A stretch of 64,000 bases of DNA from Candidatus Levyibacteriota bacterium (GTDB lineage Bacteria > Patescibacteriota > Microgenomatia > Levybacterales > UBA12049). Of the stretch, positions 35,339-46,631 are shown piece after piece. Within the stretch, counting starts at the first letter, position 1. Each line of letters begins with the position of its first letter. The DNA lies in contig JBPOIT010000005.1 in the NCBI GenBank assembly GCA_052034235.1, positions 49,698-113,697 on the forward strand, written 5' to 3'. The notes beneath the pieces are model-generated. The model did no database searches and was not told the origin of the DNA. It was given only the letters and a program-made list of their open reading frames with translations. A program made the position numbers and the translations under genes.

Positions 35339-36829
35339 TTATGCGGCGATTGCGTTTTTGCTTCTGAGGTGGCGGTGATAGGTTATGGCGAACCTATGGG
35401 CTTCGTTTCTGAGGCGTTGTATCAACTGAAGAGATGGGGAATTTTTGGGGAGTGAGATTTCGATAAAATTATCCTCTTCAACAATAATTGTTTTCCCTTT
35501 TTCTTCTTCCGTACCTGCGAAACGTAAATTTAATAAATCCTGATAGGTTTTAACTCGTGATGTAGTACTTCCGCTTGTGACACCATTTGTGCCCAGGATT
35601 GGAACTATAATTGTTTCTTCTCTTTTGGCCAAACCCACAAGAGGAATAATCATCCCGCTTTCAGCAAGTGCGGTCATGGCAGCAGAGACTTGCCCTTTGC
35701 CACCATCGATAATAATTAAACTTGGTTTATGCCACTCTTCATGATGCAACCGGCGCTTTAACACTTCCTTCATCATCGCAAAATCATTTGAGAGATGTTT
35801 GCTAGATCTGAGTGCAGTCGTAGGGTTATGCTCAAGTGCTATTTTTTCTGCTCTTGTTTTGGGCTTTTCCCAATCTCTTCTAATTCTGAATTTACGATAG
35901 TGCGAACCATCTTTCTCACCATTAATAAAGACCACCATTGACCCTGTAGCGTGCGTTCCCTGTGTATTTGAGATATCATAACATTCAATCCTCTCAAGAT
36001 CTTTAACAGGCAAACCCTGCTCTGCTAGGATTGTTTGTAAACCAACAAGTTCTGTAGTTCGAAGGTCTTCACGTAAATTTGGATTTATGTGATATTCAAA
36101 AGGTTTATGATACGGTGTGGTTATTAAACTTAACGCTTTTAATTTATTTTGTGCTGCCAATGCTTTTTCGAATTCCTCCTTTTTACTCGCAGCATCGCGT
36201 TCTTTTTCAAGCTCCGTTACAATTTTTCTTGTTTCTCCTTCGAGAATTCGAATAATTCCTCGTATATTTTTTCTATAAAGATTTTTACTTTCTGCTGAAT
36301 TCTCCAGCAAAGGAGGACACGGACATAGCCCTAAATGATTGTATAAACATAACTTTTTAGGATGATTAAGTACCGATTGATAAGGAAAAACTTTTCTAAT
36401 TGTTTTAAGAACGAGCCGTACAGATCCAGAACTTGGATAGGGACCGAAATAAACTGAATCTTTGTCATCTTCTCTTCGAGCAAGAAGAACTTTTGGGAAA
36501 TTATCTTTCAAGGTTATACGAATTCTGATGTAGGATTTGTTGTCAGTGAGACGGATGTTATATTTAGGATTAAATTTTTTAATATAAAACGCTTCAAGCA
36601 GCAACGCTTCGAGTTCAGACTCAACTTCCGTTGTTTTGATGTTTTGAATCTGTGAGACAAGAACACGGGTTTTAGGCCCTAATTTAGAAATGCCGGTAAA
36701 ATAAGAAGAAACTCGAGAGCGAAGATCGTTGGCCTTACCAACATACAAAACGTTACCCTCTCCATCGAGGAAGCGGTATACGCCTGCTTTTTGCGGCAGC
36801 GATAAATATGATGAACGCGAATATAACAA
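35339..36829 (-). CDS. uvrC: Excinuclease ABC subunit C (short form)
   Basis: GIY-YIG motif GVYRFLDGEGNVLYVGKANDLRSRVSSYF. The RNEAHRFAITYHR motif is also present. Confidence 0.8.
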   Translation of the reverse strand: MLYSRSSYLSLPQKAGVYRFLDGEGNVLYVGKANDLRSRVSSYFTGISKLGPKTRVLVSQIQNIKTTEVESELEALLLEAFYIKKFNPKYNIRLTDNKSYIRIRITLKDNFPKVLLARREDDKDSVYFGPYPSSGSVRLVLKTIRKVFPYQSVLNHPKKLCLYNHLGLCPCPPLLENSAESKNLYRKNIRGIIRILEGETRKIVTELEKERDAASKKEEFEKALAAQNKLKALSLITTPYHKPFEYHINPNLREDLRTTELVGLQTILAEQGLPVKDLERIECYDISNTQGTHATGSMVVFINGEKDGSHYRKFRIRRDWEKPKTRAEKIALEHNPTTALRSSKHLSNDFAMMKEVLKRRLHHEEWHKPSLIIIDGGKGQVSAAMTALAESGMIIPLVGLAKREETIIVPILGTNGVTSGSTTSRVKTYQDLLNLRFAGTEEEKGKTIIVEEDNFIEISLPKNSPSLQLIQRLRNEAHRFAITYHRHLRSKNAIAA

Positions 36830-38639
36830 TTATACCTCCAATTCCCCACACGCTCTTAAAAAGCTGTGTAACAGTAATACGCTCTTCAACATTGATTTGC
36901 TGAGCACTATCTGTACTTGCACCAAGGACTGTATTACTAGGCTCTCCCTCAGCGTGCGGCGGGGTATAACGTATTGTAAAGACAGCGTCAGTATTTGTCA
37001 AAAATTTTGTGGGGTGGAATTTCACTGGGACGGTTGTATAACCAAAGGGAGGAATTGCCTGATATTGATACGCTTGCTCTCTAGGACTTAGAGCTTCTGA
37101 ATATACTGAGAATATTTGAGGCTGAACAAGACGAGAACCTGTGTTTTTAATCAGCACATTTCCCGTAATTGGAAAACCTGAGATTGCTGAATCTGAGAAT
37201 GCAGAAGTTATTGAAACTTCAGGATCAGTATGAGTGATTTCCTTCGCAAATCCGACCGTCACATCCTTTAAACCGCTGTCTGAATCAAGTTTATACGCTC
37301 CTGCTGGCAGAGGTAATTTGCTATCACTTCCTTTTACAACAAAAGCGATATGATCATTATCAATCTTATGAAAATAATCAATGCCGCCTGTTGTACTCCC
37401 CCATGTCGGATCGACCATTACCCAGGTTTTTTTATCTTTATCATAATACTCCGGCCATGAATGGAGAATATCTTGAGAAAGAGAAATAGGACGTAGTCTA
37501 GGGTTTTCAGTATACGCAAAACCATTAATTTCACGAGCTGGAATTCCCGCAGCTCTGGATATGGCAATAAACAAATCAGTAAATTCACGACAAACTGCAG
37601 CATTTGGATTTTTTTGAGCAGCAGCAGCACCCATTCGCGCTGATTCCTGAGTAATTCTTGTAAAATCATATTTGAGCGTTTTTATGACATAGTTATAAAT
37701 TGCCTCAGGTGTTTGCAGCTCTTGTGCCAGTCTCATGATTTCAGGATCAGTTGTTTCCCAAAATTCCATTCCTCTTGTATAAAATGCATAATCCTCGAGT
37801 GATAATTCTCGACTTTTTGGTGCGAGATGCACCGCTGCATTGCCTCTGACATTGATATCAAGCTTTTGTGCAGGCAATAAATTATACTGAGCAAGCCAAT
37901 TACCATCTTTATCCAGCCTGACATTCTCAGGTTGCGGTTCCATACCTGTAATAAAAATATCTTGATAGTTAGTGGTTGGAGGCAAGGCAATTTCTGATTT
38001 TATAGGGAAAAGGTTTTTGTTTTGTAGATGATACTCCAAATCAAATGCGTAAAGTTGTTTATCACCAAAGGCAATAGCTATACCTGATTTTCCTAATTGT
38101 TCTTTTGTAAAAGTGAGTGTCGGATTGTGATGATCTGGTTTAATATATGTCGGTTTACCAAAAGATTCAGGAACCTTTACCGAAACAACAAACGATTGGA
38201 ATTCTTCGGGATTTGAAATGCCTGGAACATTTATTTCCCAAATTTGGCCGTGTTTCCGTGCAACTTCTTTCGTGTCAAAAGTTATAGTAAATGTTAATTT
38301 ATCACCTTGTCCAACCGCTTTTTTGTTAAATGTGATATCGAGCAAATACCCATCGTTTGTTTTTGTAATTTTGGGTTTTAGCTCTCCGTCAGGATCAGCT
38401 GCTGTCAGGTTGGTAATTTCAGAAAAGCCTAATTGCATTTGATACGATGAGGCGTAATACTGCGTTGTGGTATTCGTAAGTGTTACCGTCAAAGCCGCTC
38501 TGGTCAATTCGTTTTCAAGTACAGTATAAGTAACTTTGTAATCTGTCGTGAAGTTTGGTGCAGCTGAAGCTTGCATAGGCGTCAGAAGGAAGCAAAACGT
38601 TAAGAGAATAAAGAGAGCAGATTTGAATAAATAAGACAT
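36753..38639 (-). CDS. Secreted transglutaminase-like cysteine protease superfamily protein with a C-terminal TM anchor
   Basis: Signal peptide. Catalytic triad context: CREFTDLFIAISRAAGIPAR, HSWPEYY and VMVDPT. C-terminal TM helix. Confidence 0.55.
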   Translation of the reverse strand: MSYLFKSALFILLTFCFLLTPMQASAAPNFTTDYKVTYTVLENELTRAALTVTLTNTTTQYYASSYQMQLGFSEITNLTAADPDGELKPKITKTNDGYLLDITFNKKAVGQGDKLTFTITFDTKEVARKHGQIWEINVPGISNPEEFQSFVVSVKVPESFGKPTYIKPDHHNPTLTFTKEQLGKSGIAIAFGDKQLYAFDLEYHLQNKNLFPIKSEIALPPTTNYQDIFITGMEPQPENVRLDKDGNWLAQYNLLPAQKLDINVRGNAAVHLAPKSRELSLEDYAFYTRGMEFWETTDPEIMRLAQELQTPEAIYNYVIKTLKYDFTRITQESARMGAAAAQKNPNAAVCREFTDLFIAISRAAGIPAREINGFAYTENPRLRPISLSQDILHSWPEYYDKDKKTWVMVDPTWGSTTGGIDYFHKIDNDHIAFVVKGSDSKLPLPAGAYKLDSDSGLKDVTVGFAKEITHTDPEVSITSAFSDSAISGFPITGNVLIKNTGSRLVQPQIFSVYSEALSPREQAYQYQAIPPFGYTTVPVKFHPTKFLTNTDAVFTIRYTPPHAEGEPSNTVLGASTDSAQQINVEERITVTQLFKSVWGIGGIIVIFAFIIFIAAAKSRRIPLPRWRG

Positions 38640-38659
38640 GTTTTAAGAATTGTGTCTTA

Positions 38660-41569
38660 TTATTTTAATACATTTTTAAGGAATTTGCCCGTCCAACTGT
38701 TAGGATTTGCAGCAATCTGTTCAGGTGTTCCTGTAGCAACAATTTGACCACCCTTATCTCCACCTTCAGGTCCAAGATCAATAATCCAATCAGCGTTTTT
38801 AATAACATCAAGATTGTGTTCAATCACAATGACTGAATTACCGACATCTGTCAGCTTGCGAAGCACATACAGTAATTTTTCTAAATCAGCGAAATGGAGT
38901 CCAGTCGTTGGCTCATCTAAAAGATATAACGCATCGCGTCCGCGCTTTGAGAGTTCTGTTGCAAGTTTTACACGCTGTGCTTCACCACCAGAAAGTGTCG
39001 GTGCTGGCTGGCCGAGTTTTACGTAAGACAAACCGACATCATTGAGTGTTGATAGTTTATGAGCAAGACCAGGAACAAACGAGAAGAAATCAACAGCTTC
39101 TTCAACACTCATGTTCAACACATCTGATATGTTCTTGCCGTTAAATAATACTTCAAGTGCTTCATGTGTATATTGTTTTCCTTCACAAACCTCACACGTA
39201 ATGTAAACATCTGGCATAAATTGCATTTCAATTTTAATCTGTCCTTCACCTTCACATGCTTCGCACCTGCCACCTTTGACATTGAAAGAAAATCTCCCAG
39301 GACCATAACCTCTAATTTTGGCTTCTTTGGTTGAGGCAAACAATTGTCTGATGTATGCAAACGCACCCGTGTATGTCACCGGATTACTACGCGGAGTACG
39401 GCCGATTGGACTTTGGTCAATCGCAAAGACACTTCGAACCTGCTCAAAACCTTTAATTTCGGCAAATGTGCCGGGTTTTTGTGGATGATATGCATTTTGT
39501 TTCTGCATAAGCGCATGGTAGAGAATATCGTTGACCAAGGTTGATTTGCCACTACCTGAAACACCAGTGACAACGACAAGTTTATTAAGGGGAAATTCAA
39601 CATCAATGTTTTTCAGATTATGTTCAGTTGCTCCTAAAATTTTAATCGTGCTTTTTTGTTCAGCTTTGGCTTTGCCATTGGCATCAGGATTTGGTTTTTG
39701 AATTTTTAATTGTTTTTTACCTGATAAATACTGTCCAGTAATAGAGTTTGGATCTTTTTTAATCTCGTCAACCGTTCCATGAGCTATGATATTGCCTCCC
39801 AGATGCCCTGCACCGGGTCCAAAGTCAAAAATATAGTCAGATGCCTCCATTGTGTCCTGATCATGTTCTACAACCAAAACTGTGTTGCCTAATTTTTGCA
39901 GTTTTTTAAGTGTCTCGATGAGTTTGGTGTTATCTCGTTGATGTAGTCCAATTGACGGTTCATCCAGTACATATAACACACCTGTTAATCCTGAACCGAT
40001 TTGTGATGCCAGTCGAATGCGTTGTGCTTCTCCGCCTGCGAGTGTAGCGGCAGTTCTACTAAGTGTCAGGTATTCTAGTCCGACATTCACCAGAAATGTC
40101 AGCCTGGAAACAACTTCACGAAGAATCATTTTTCCAATCTCTGCCTCACGCGCTGAGAGTGTACCGGTTGATAAACTATTCACAAATTGCAAAGCATGTT
40201 CGATAGACATCTGAGCGACATCAACAATAGATTTGTCTTTAATCGTTACTGACAACGCTTCTTTTTTCAATCTGCCGCCTTTACAGACCGGACATTTTTC
40301 ATAACGCATGTATTTATCAATTTGCGTTCTGATAAATTGTGACTCTGACTCGTTGTATTTCTTTCTGAGCTCATGAGAAATACCCATAAATGATTCATGA
40401 ATAACTGTTTCATGACCCCATCTATTTTCACCTTCAACCGTGTATTCTTTTGTACCTGTTCCGTTAAGCAATAATTCTTTTTGCTGCTGGGATAATTCGC
40501 TTAAACGTTTGGTCATTGGAATACCATTCTCCTCACAAAATGTCTTAAACGTACGAGAAAACCAGGTATCATTACTGCCAATGTTAAAAAATGGCACAAT
40601 GCCGCCTTCGCGAATTGAAAGATTATCATTAAGGATCAGCTCTGGATCTGCTTCCAAAACTCTCCCAAGACCTGAACATTGCGGACATGCACCATGCGGT
40701 GTGTTGAAAGAAAAAATTCTGGGTTCTACTTCGTGAAGTGAAATGTTACAAATTGGGCAGGCAAATTTTTCAGAGAACAGATGATCTTCCATTTTTTCAG
40801 GTTTTTCAGGCATCGTAAATGACGCGTCACGGATAATTGAAACAATCATCTCGCCGTCCCCAAACTGCAAAGCCTGTTCGACATCTGTTGAAACTCTGGT
40901 GCGTTCTGTTGCCTCACTTATAACAAGTGCATCAATAACAAGTTCAATTGAGTGTTTGTTTGTTTTGATAAGCACAATATCATCAGTGACATCAAATATT
41001 CTGCCATCAATTCTCACTTTGCTATAACCTCTCTTTTTTAAACTCGCAAATAAATCGTTATATTCTCCCCTTCTGTCTTTCACAAGAGGTGCAAGAAGAA
41101 GTACTCGTAAGTCCTTTGGACCACTGGTTTTAAATTTTGCAGGCATATTGAAGATTTGTTCGACAATCTGTTCTTTTGATTGACGAGCAATCTCACGACC
41201 ACAATTCGGACAATGCGGATGTCCAATACGAGCAAAAAGTAAACGTAAATAATCGTAAATTTCCGTAACTGTTCCAACTGTTGAGCGAGGATTATGACTT
41301 GTTGATTTCTGGTCTATTGAAATTGCTGGAGACAACCCTTCAATCAAATCAACATCAGGCTTTTTCATTGTCCCGAGGAATTGACGAGCATATGCTGACA
41401 AACTCTCAACGTAACGCCTCTGACCTTCTGCATACACGGTATCAAAAGCAAGTGAAGATTTCCCACTACCGGATAACCCAGTTAAAACAACAAGTTTATT
41501 TTTTGGGATTTCAAGATCAAGATTCTTAAGATTATGCTCACGCGCACCTTTGATGACTATTTTTTCCAT
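38660..41569 (-). CDS. uvrA: Excinuclease ABC subunit A
   Basis: Two ABC ATPase modules. [19 protein letters not shown] and [15 protein letters not shown] Walker A motifs, plus zinc-finger cysteines. Confidence 0.9.
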   Translation of the reverse strand: MEKIVIKGAREHNLKNLDLEIPKNKLVVLTGLSGSGKSSLAFDTVYAEGQRRYVESLSAYARQFLGTMKKPDVDLIEGLSPAISIDQKSTSHNPRSTVGTVTEIYDYLRLLFARIGHPHCPNCGREIARQSKEQIVEQIFNMPAKFKTSGPKDLRVLLLAPLVKDRRGEYNDLFASLKKRGYSKVRIDGRIFDVTDDIVLIKTNKHSIELVIDALVISEATERTRVSTDVEQALQFGDGEMIVSIIRDASFTMPEKPEKMEDHLFSEKFACPICNISLHEVEPRIFSFNTPHGACPQCSGLGRVLEADPELILNDNLSIREGGIVPFFNIGSNDTWFSRTFKTFCEENGIPMTKRLSELSQQQKELLLNGTGTKEYTVEGENRWGHETVIHESFMGISHELRKKYNESESQFIRTQIDKYMRYEKCPVCKGGRLKKEALSVTIKDKSIVDVAQMSIEHALQFVNSLSTGTLSAREAEIGKMILREVVSRLTFLVNVGLEYLTLSRTAATLAGGEAQRIRLASQIGSGLTGVLYVLDEPSIGLHQRDNTKLIETLKKLQKLGNTVLVVEHDQDTMEASDYIFDFGPGAGHLGGNIIAHGTVDEIKKDPNSITGQYLSGKKQLKIQKPNPDANGKAKAEQKSTIKILGATEHNLKNIDVEFPLNKLVVVTGVSGSGKSTLVNDILYHALMQKQNAYHPQKPGTFAEIKGFEQVRSVFAIDQSPIGRTPRSNPVTYTGAFAYIRQLFASTKEAKIRGYGPGRFSFNVKGGRCEACEGEGQIKIEMQFMPDVYITCEVCEGKQYTHEALEVLFNGKNISDVLNMSVEEAVDFFSFVPGLAHKLSTLNDVGLSYVKLGQPAPTLSGGEAQRVKLATELSKRGRDALYLLDEPTTGLHFADLEKLLYVLRKLTDVGNSVIVIEHNLDVIKNADWIIDLGPEGGDKGGQIVATGTPEQIAANPNSWTGKFLKNVLK

Positions 41570-41646
41570 AGAAGCAAATAAAGTAATCCATTATAAACAA
41601 ATTCCAAAACTATAGCAAACCCGGGGAAGTATGTGCTCAGAAACAT

Positions 41647-42096
41647 TTAAGAGGATTTCTGCAAAGCAAGATTTACTGTTGTGTAACCTGCATTTTCAAA
41701 TTGTTTGTCAAAACCAAAAATTGTCTTTGTCTTGTACTCATCTGCCACTTTCATAACTAAGCAATCCGTATAACTTACTCCTGCAGAAACCGTACGAAAT
41801 AACTCCAAAGCGTCCTGACGTGAGATGTCACTTGTTGGCACTACGATAAAAGCTGCTGATTCTAACACTGATTGAGCCGTTCCGGCTGCATATTTGTGAC
41901 CAAATTTTTTTCCAAGAATATTTACTGTTTCAGCAAACACCTCGGCAGGCAACAATGCTTTTAATTCTGTTGAGTCAAATTTTTTCGCAAAATCCAACGC
42001 CTTGGTGTGGTTACTATCCGTATCTACTACAAGTGATATGAGACCACTGGAGTCAACGATAATGAAGTTACTTGTCGCCATAGAGGTATTCGTCAA
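41647..42096 (-). CDS. PIN-domain toxin (VapC-like)
   Basis: IIVDSSGLISLV is the PIN N-terminal strand with its Asp. The gene overlaps the upstream antitoxin gene by 29 nt. Confidence 0.55.
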   Translation of the reverse strand: MTNTSMATSNFIIVDSSGLISLVVDTDSNHTKALDFAKKFDSTELKALLPAEVFAETVNILGKKFGHKYAAGTAQSVLESAAFIVVPTSDISRQDALELFRTVSAGVSYTDCLVMKVADEYKTKTIFGFDKQFENAGYTTVNLALQKSS

Positions 42097-42322
42097 GATT
42101 GGTAGATAGGTCAGTCGGACCAGTCAAACCAAAATTCTTACCAACATCTGAAAGCCTAAGAAGCGCATCACTTAGAGATTCTTGACGACGCCCCTGAGAA
42201 ACGAACCTTCCCCGCTCTAATAGCTCTCTTGCAACATCAGACTCTCTGCGACGCTCTCTTTTCGCTTGAAGCTTAATTGCATGTGCCTGTTCTTCTGATA
42301 TATATATGTGTGTGCGTATCAT
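42068..42322 (-). CDS. Antitoxin, ribbon-helix-helix-like (VapB-like)
   Basis: Small 84-aa protein immediately upstream of, and overlapping, the PIN gene. Confidence 0.45.
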   Translation of the reverse strand: MIRTHIYISEEQAHAIKLQAKRERRRESDVARELLERGRFVSQGRRQESLSDALLRLSDVGKNFGLTGPTDLSTNLDEYLYGDK

Positions 42323-42535
42323 ATCGATTTATAAAATATAACACATGATATGTGTCACAGTCAATAAGGTTCGACTAAGTCGTAAGTAAATGCTGATGAG
42401 TTTAAGTCTAAACTAGAAGTGCAGTAATGTGACTAGTGTCAAATTTAAATAAACGAAGACTTCTTATAATAATTAATTCAATTATCCTTGAATATTGACA
42501 TATCAAAGGTGATAATGTAAACTTCCTCCATTACT

Positions 42536-43474
42536 ATGAGTCGCACATGTGAAGCAAGAACATCAAGTGTTGCCGTACGTGAACAGGGGCTAAATGCTGA
42601 ATCATTGGGTTTATTAAATTCAATGCGCAATTTTGATGAATTGGATTCATTTATTAGTCGTGCTGTGAGTGCTACACCCAAGAGCCCTTCGAGTTCAATT
42701 TCAGAATTCTATCAAAGATTTGCTGATAACATCCCTCAGAAAATTCCGAGTAGCGCTCAATCCATAGCTATGGACGCGGTGGCTCAACAAGATCCAAAAG
42801 GTTTAGGTGTCCTTGTATTACTTAATATTCGCTCGATAGCTTCTGGCGTTGATTCATTCCAGGAGCATTTCAAAGGAGACAGGGATGAAATAATGCAAGC
42901 CGCGATTACTGAAGTACTTGCCAATCCCCCCAAACCTACTAATAAAGCTACTGTGCCTAATCAAATTAATAAGACTGTAAGAGCTGAAGTTTCACGATTC
43001 ATAGCTACAAGAGATGGAATTCCTGTAGAGTGGTTTAGAAAGCAAGAATTTGACGAGCTAATTGCTCAGATTGACGGCATAATTGATTCGGGTAAATTAA
43101 CCAAAAATGGTAAAGTAGATGAAAGCTTGTGTTTTAAATTCGCAAGAAATTTAAATCTTGATGAAAAAGATCTTTTCGAACTGATTAGATTTAGAAGTAT
43201 CTATTGGGACACAGATACTACGTTAGACCGAGGTTCTATTCCCCCTCCAGCTGCACCCGACATCGATTCGACAATAAACCGTATCGATCTAGAGAACTCG
43301 CGAAAAAAACGTAAGAGATATGCACATAAATACGCTAATCAAATACTTAAATTGAGATTTGGATCAGCAGGTAAACCTTATACCCTTGATGAAATTGGGG
43401 AGATATTAGGACTTTCAGGCACTCGGATTGGGCAAATTATTGCAGAGGAAACATGGGCTTTGCGTCGCTTATAG
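42536..43474 (+). CDS. Hypothetical protein with a C-terminal sigma-70 region-4-like HTH
   Basis: YTLDEIGEILGLSGTRIGQIIAEETWALRRL resembles sigma70 r4 (TLEEVG…TRERIRQIE…AL.KLR). Confidence 0.4.
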   Translation: MSRTCEARTSSVAVREQGLNAESLGLLNSMRNFDELDSFISRAVSATPKSPSSSISEFYQRFADNIPQKIPSSAQSIAMDAVAQQDPKGLGVLVLLNIRSIASGVDSFQEHFKGDRDEIMQAAITEVLANPPKPTNKATVPNQINKTVRAEVSRFIATRDGIPVEWFRKQEFDELIAQIDGIIDSGKLTKNGKVDESLCFKFARNLNLDEKDLFELIRFRSIYWDTDTTLDRGSIPPPAAPDIDSTINRIDLENSRKKRKRYAHKYANQILKLRFGSAGKPYTLDEIGEILGLSGTRIGQIIAEETWALRRL

Positions 43475-43620
43475 GATGGGTAAATCTATCGATATTATAG
43501 TTGCTACAAATTACAGAATCCGCATACAAATGCGCCGTATGTAAGAATCTCTTTTGAAAATATCTTTGGGATATGCAAAGCTTTTTGTCCTATTTGTGAT
43601 TTTAAAATTCCTACCAGCAA

Positions 43621-44580
43621 ATGAGGTATAATACAGCTATGGAAATTGCACAGTTACCTGCACAATTTTTAGAAAGACTTCGTACTATTATACCTCACGA
43701 GAAGTATGATGAAGTACTCTTGACGTTTACAAAACCAAAACCAATCTCCTTTCGCACAAATACGCTGAAAACTGATTCGGACTCACTTGAAAAGGCTTTA
43801 TTGTTACAAAACTTACCGATTGAACGGGTTTCCTGGTATAAGGATGCTTTTTTATTCAGTGGAGAAAAAGCACAGCTTATGGCGACTGATGAGTATAAAG
43901 CAGGACATATCTATATTCAAAATCTGTCCAGCATGATCCCGCCGCTTGTACTAAATCCTCGGACGAAAGACCTCGTTTGCGATCTCACCGCTGCTCCTGG
44001 TAGCAAAACGACTCAGCTTGCCATGATGATGAATAATAAAGGTACAATTGTCGCCAATGATATCAGTCGAACGCGATTATTTCGATTGAGGGAGAATTTG
44101 GAGTCACAAGGCATTACCAACACCGATATGAGCTGCATCCCTGGTCAGGCACTTTGGAAACGATATCCTCATTATTTTGATAAAACGCTTGTTGATGTAC
44201 CGTGTACGATGGAAGGACGATTCTCAACTTTGGATCCTGACTCATATAAAGACTGGTCGCCAAAAAAAGTAAAGGTGCTCAGTCAACTTCAAAAATTTCT
44301 TCTCCGCTCAGCAATTACCGCGACGAAATCTGGAGGTCTTATTGTCTATTCAACATGTACGCTTGAACCGGAAGAAAATGAAGAAGTAATTGATTGGATT
44401 TTGCAAAAAGAAACAGGACAGGTAAATGTCGAGGAAATTACCTTAATCGTTCCAGGAATGGTTTCAGGTTTAAGAGAATGGAAAAAGAAAACGTTTGATA
44501 CACAAATCACCAAAACAAAACGCATTCTTCCCTCTGATACCATGGAAGGATTTTTTGTGGCCGCACTTCGAAAAAGCTAA
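43621..44580 (+). CDS. rRNA cytosine-C5 methyltransferase (RsmB/RsmF/NOL1-NOP2-Sun family)
   Basis: Motifs DLTAAPGSKTTQLA, DVPCTMEGR and YSTCTLEPEENE. Confidence 0.7.
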   Translation: MRYNTAMEIAQLPAQFLERLRTIIPHEKYDEVLLTFTKPKPISFRTNTLKTDSDSLEKALLLQNLPIERVSWYKDAFLFSGEKAQLMATDEYKAGHIYIQNLSSMIPPLVLNPRTKDLVCDLTAAPGSKTTQLAMMMNNKGTIVANDISRTRLFRLRENLESQGITNTDMSCIPGQALWKRYPHYFDKTLVDVPCTMEGRFSTLDPDSYKDWSPKKVKVLSQLQKFLLRSAITATKSGGLIVYSTCTLEPEENEEVIDWILQKETGQVNVEEITLIVPGMVSGLREWKKKTFDTQITKTKRILPSDTMEGFFVAALRKS

Positions 44581-44631
44581 GGAGCATTTTCCAAACTGCT
44601 TCAAATAAAAAAATTTGTTATACTCTTCTCA

Positions 44632-45672
44632 ATGACTCTGTGGACGACATTTGCACCTGGGAAAATTGTGTGGGAATTAACGTCTGTACAATCAGACGGT
44701 AAGGCTGCGACAAGTAACTGGATGGAACACAAAGAAATTGTTGTGAATTCTCTCAAACTCCTCAAGCAGCATGGTATATCAGGTATTCGACTTGTTATTT
44801 ATCCATCTGAACTTACCGAAAGCGGCAAAAGTTTTGATTGGAAACCGATAGATACGATGTTTGAGTTAGCAGCTAAAAATAAACTCGAAGTTGATCTGTG
44901 CATTGGACCATTTCAATATCCAAATTATCCTGGAATTTATTTACCAAAGGGCCTTTTACGCTTCGTGTTTGATAATCAAAGAGCACTCGATACCACAAAC
45001 GTCCTTCGCGACTATGGGAAAGTCTTTCTTGAAAAGCAATTAGAGCGATACGGATCTGATAAGCGTATTCGCGGATTTCACTTTGCCAATGAATGGCCGG
45101 ACCGACAAAATGTGTGGGGGAAAGAACAAATTAAAGCGTATGTTTCAATAGATTATATGCTTAAAACAGCTTTTTACCTGAAAGAACATACAGATAAACC
45201 TATTTCATTAAATACCAATATTGACGCTGCGGATAAGAAAAAACTAAAAGCAACGTTTGATGAATTGTTAACAATTCTCGAAGACCGGGGGAATTTAGGT
45301 TTTGATATCTACCCTTCACAAGAAACCTGGCGAAAAGCGCCTCTGCAAAAACTTAGACGTATTTTTGAACCCTACAGAAAATCATTTCAATGGTCGCAGA
45401 AAAATTTCAAACTCTGCGAAATGTATTTTTGCGAAGTTGAGGCTCAGCCTTGGGGTGACGGCAGATCCTGGTTACGAATCATAAAGAGTGAAGAAAATGC
45501 TCAAGAAAAAGTTTTGCAGTATACCAAAGATTCACTTTACAAAACCTGGAAGCATCATATTAAAGATACGACATGCACAACAGCTAGTCTCTGGGGCGCC
45601 GATTTTTGGCTGAGTGCACATGAAATGGGAATCGATTGGCCGCTACAGGCTGTTAAGACTTTACCTCGCTAA
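44632..45672 (+). CDS. Hypothetical protein, possibly a TIM-barrel glycoside-hydrolase-like fold
   Basis: Weak FANEWP motif only. Confidence 0.3.
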   Translation: MTLWTTFAPGKIVWELTSVQSDGKAATSNWMEHKEIVVNSLKLLKQHGISGIRLVIYPSELTESGKSFDWKPIDTMFELAAKNKLEVDLCIGPFQYPNYPGIYLPKGLLRFVFDNQRALDTTNVLRDYGKVFLEKQLERYGSDKRIRGFHFANEWPDRQNVWGKEQIKAYVSIDYMLKTAFYLKEHTDKPISLNTNIDAADKKKLKATFDELLTILEDRGNLGFDIYPSQETWRKAPLQKLRRIFEPYRKSFQWSQKNFKLCEMYFCEVEAQPWGDGRSWLRIIKSEENAQEKVLQYTKDSLYKTWKHHIKDTTCTTASLWGADFWLSAHEMGIDWPLQAVKTLPR

Positions 45673-46586
45673 ATATCTGTTTCCTTCATTTGGGCATCAG
45701 CTTTTTGGATATTAAAGCCCCGTTGCTGGAGTTTTGTTTTTATTTCTTCCCTCAATTTTCTATATAAACGCGCACTGAGAACAAAATTACCTGGGCGATA
45801 TGGATCATCAAAATCTTCTATGATAAGGTATACGCCAAATGCCAATAAAGCGACAACCATACTAAAATAGTAATTAATCACCATGCTGTTAAACGGGACA
45901 AAAAGTGAACCGAAAATAACTGAGAATGTAGCAAAATAGATAAAAATCTTAATACCACTTGGCAGCCGTTGTCCCGAGAGTTGAAGTTTTGTTTCACGAA
46001 ATTCCATAGCACGAGTTAAATAGCCCGATATGATTGCTCCCTCATTTGGATATTTTTTTACTAGTTTAAACATACTGTCATCTATTTTGATAAGTGCGTC
46101 GTCCACTTGTTGAGATCTTGTACTTGAGAATTTGCGACTTTCTTCTTCTGATATTGTAATATATGTATGTAAGTAATTATAAATTCTATATCGAAGTTCA
46201 AGCATTTCAGGTTTTGGAAAATGATGGGCAAGGATAAATAGCTGTCTGAGCATGGTTATTTCTCCTCTATTTGCCTCAATAAGCCTGTCCCACTTCGTCC
46301 ACTGCGCTTGAACAATAAACCCTGTAAAGATACTATAAAGAAAGTTTCCGGCTGCAAAGAGAGTAGGAATCGAGCGCAAATCTTGTTCGAGATTATATTC
46401 AGGGAGAATATTGCCAAGTCTTATAAACCAAAACACCGTTGAAAAAACAAATATAAATAAAATAATTTTTATGACAATTGCACGAGCATACAATGTTGAA
46501 TAGAGTTGTGAACTTCTATAAGCGATTTCAGCCTTGAACATTTCCATAAGAGTACTATCATAACAAAACACCCTTGTTTTGTACAA
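45669..46586 (-). CDS. Hypothetical membrane protein
   Basis: Multiple hydrophobic helices. Confidence 0.4.
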   Translation of the reverse strand: MYKTRVFCYDSTLMEMFKAEIAYRSSQLYSTLYARAIVIKIILFIFVFSTVFWFIRLGNILPEYNLEQDLRSIPTLFAAGNFLYSIFTGFIVQAQWTKWDRLIEANRGEITMLRQLFILAHHFPKPEMLELRYRIYNYLHTYITISEEESRKFSSTRSQQVDDALIKIDDSMFKLVKKYPNEGAIISGYLTRAMEFRETKLQLSGQRLPSGIKIFIYFATFSVIFGSLFVPFNSMVINYYFSMVVALLAFGVYLIIEDFDDPYRPGNFVLSARLYRKLREEIKTKLQQRGFNIQKADAQMKETDI

Positions 46587-46631
46587 AAAGAAAGTAAGTG
46601 TTTTTTAATTATCTCTGCTATAATTATTTAT

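Noticed and set aside
42323-42535. Imperfect palindromes (CACATGATATGTG-like) upstream of the RHH/PIN operon
   Set aside because: This is plausibly the antitoxin operator, but the repeats are short and imperfect, so it was not called as a feature.
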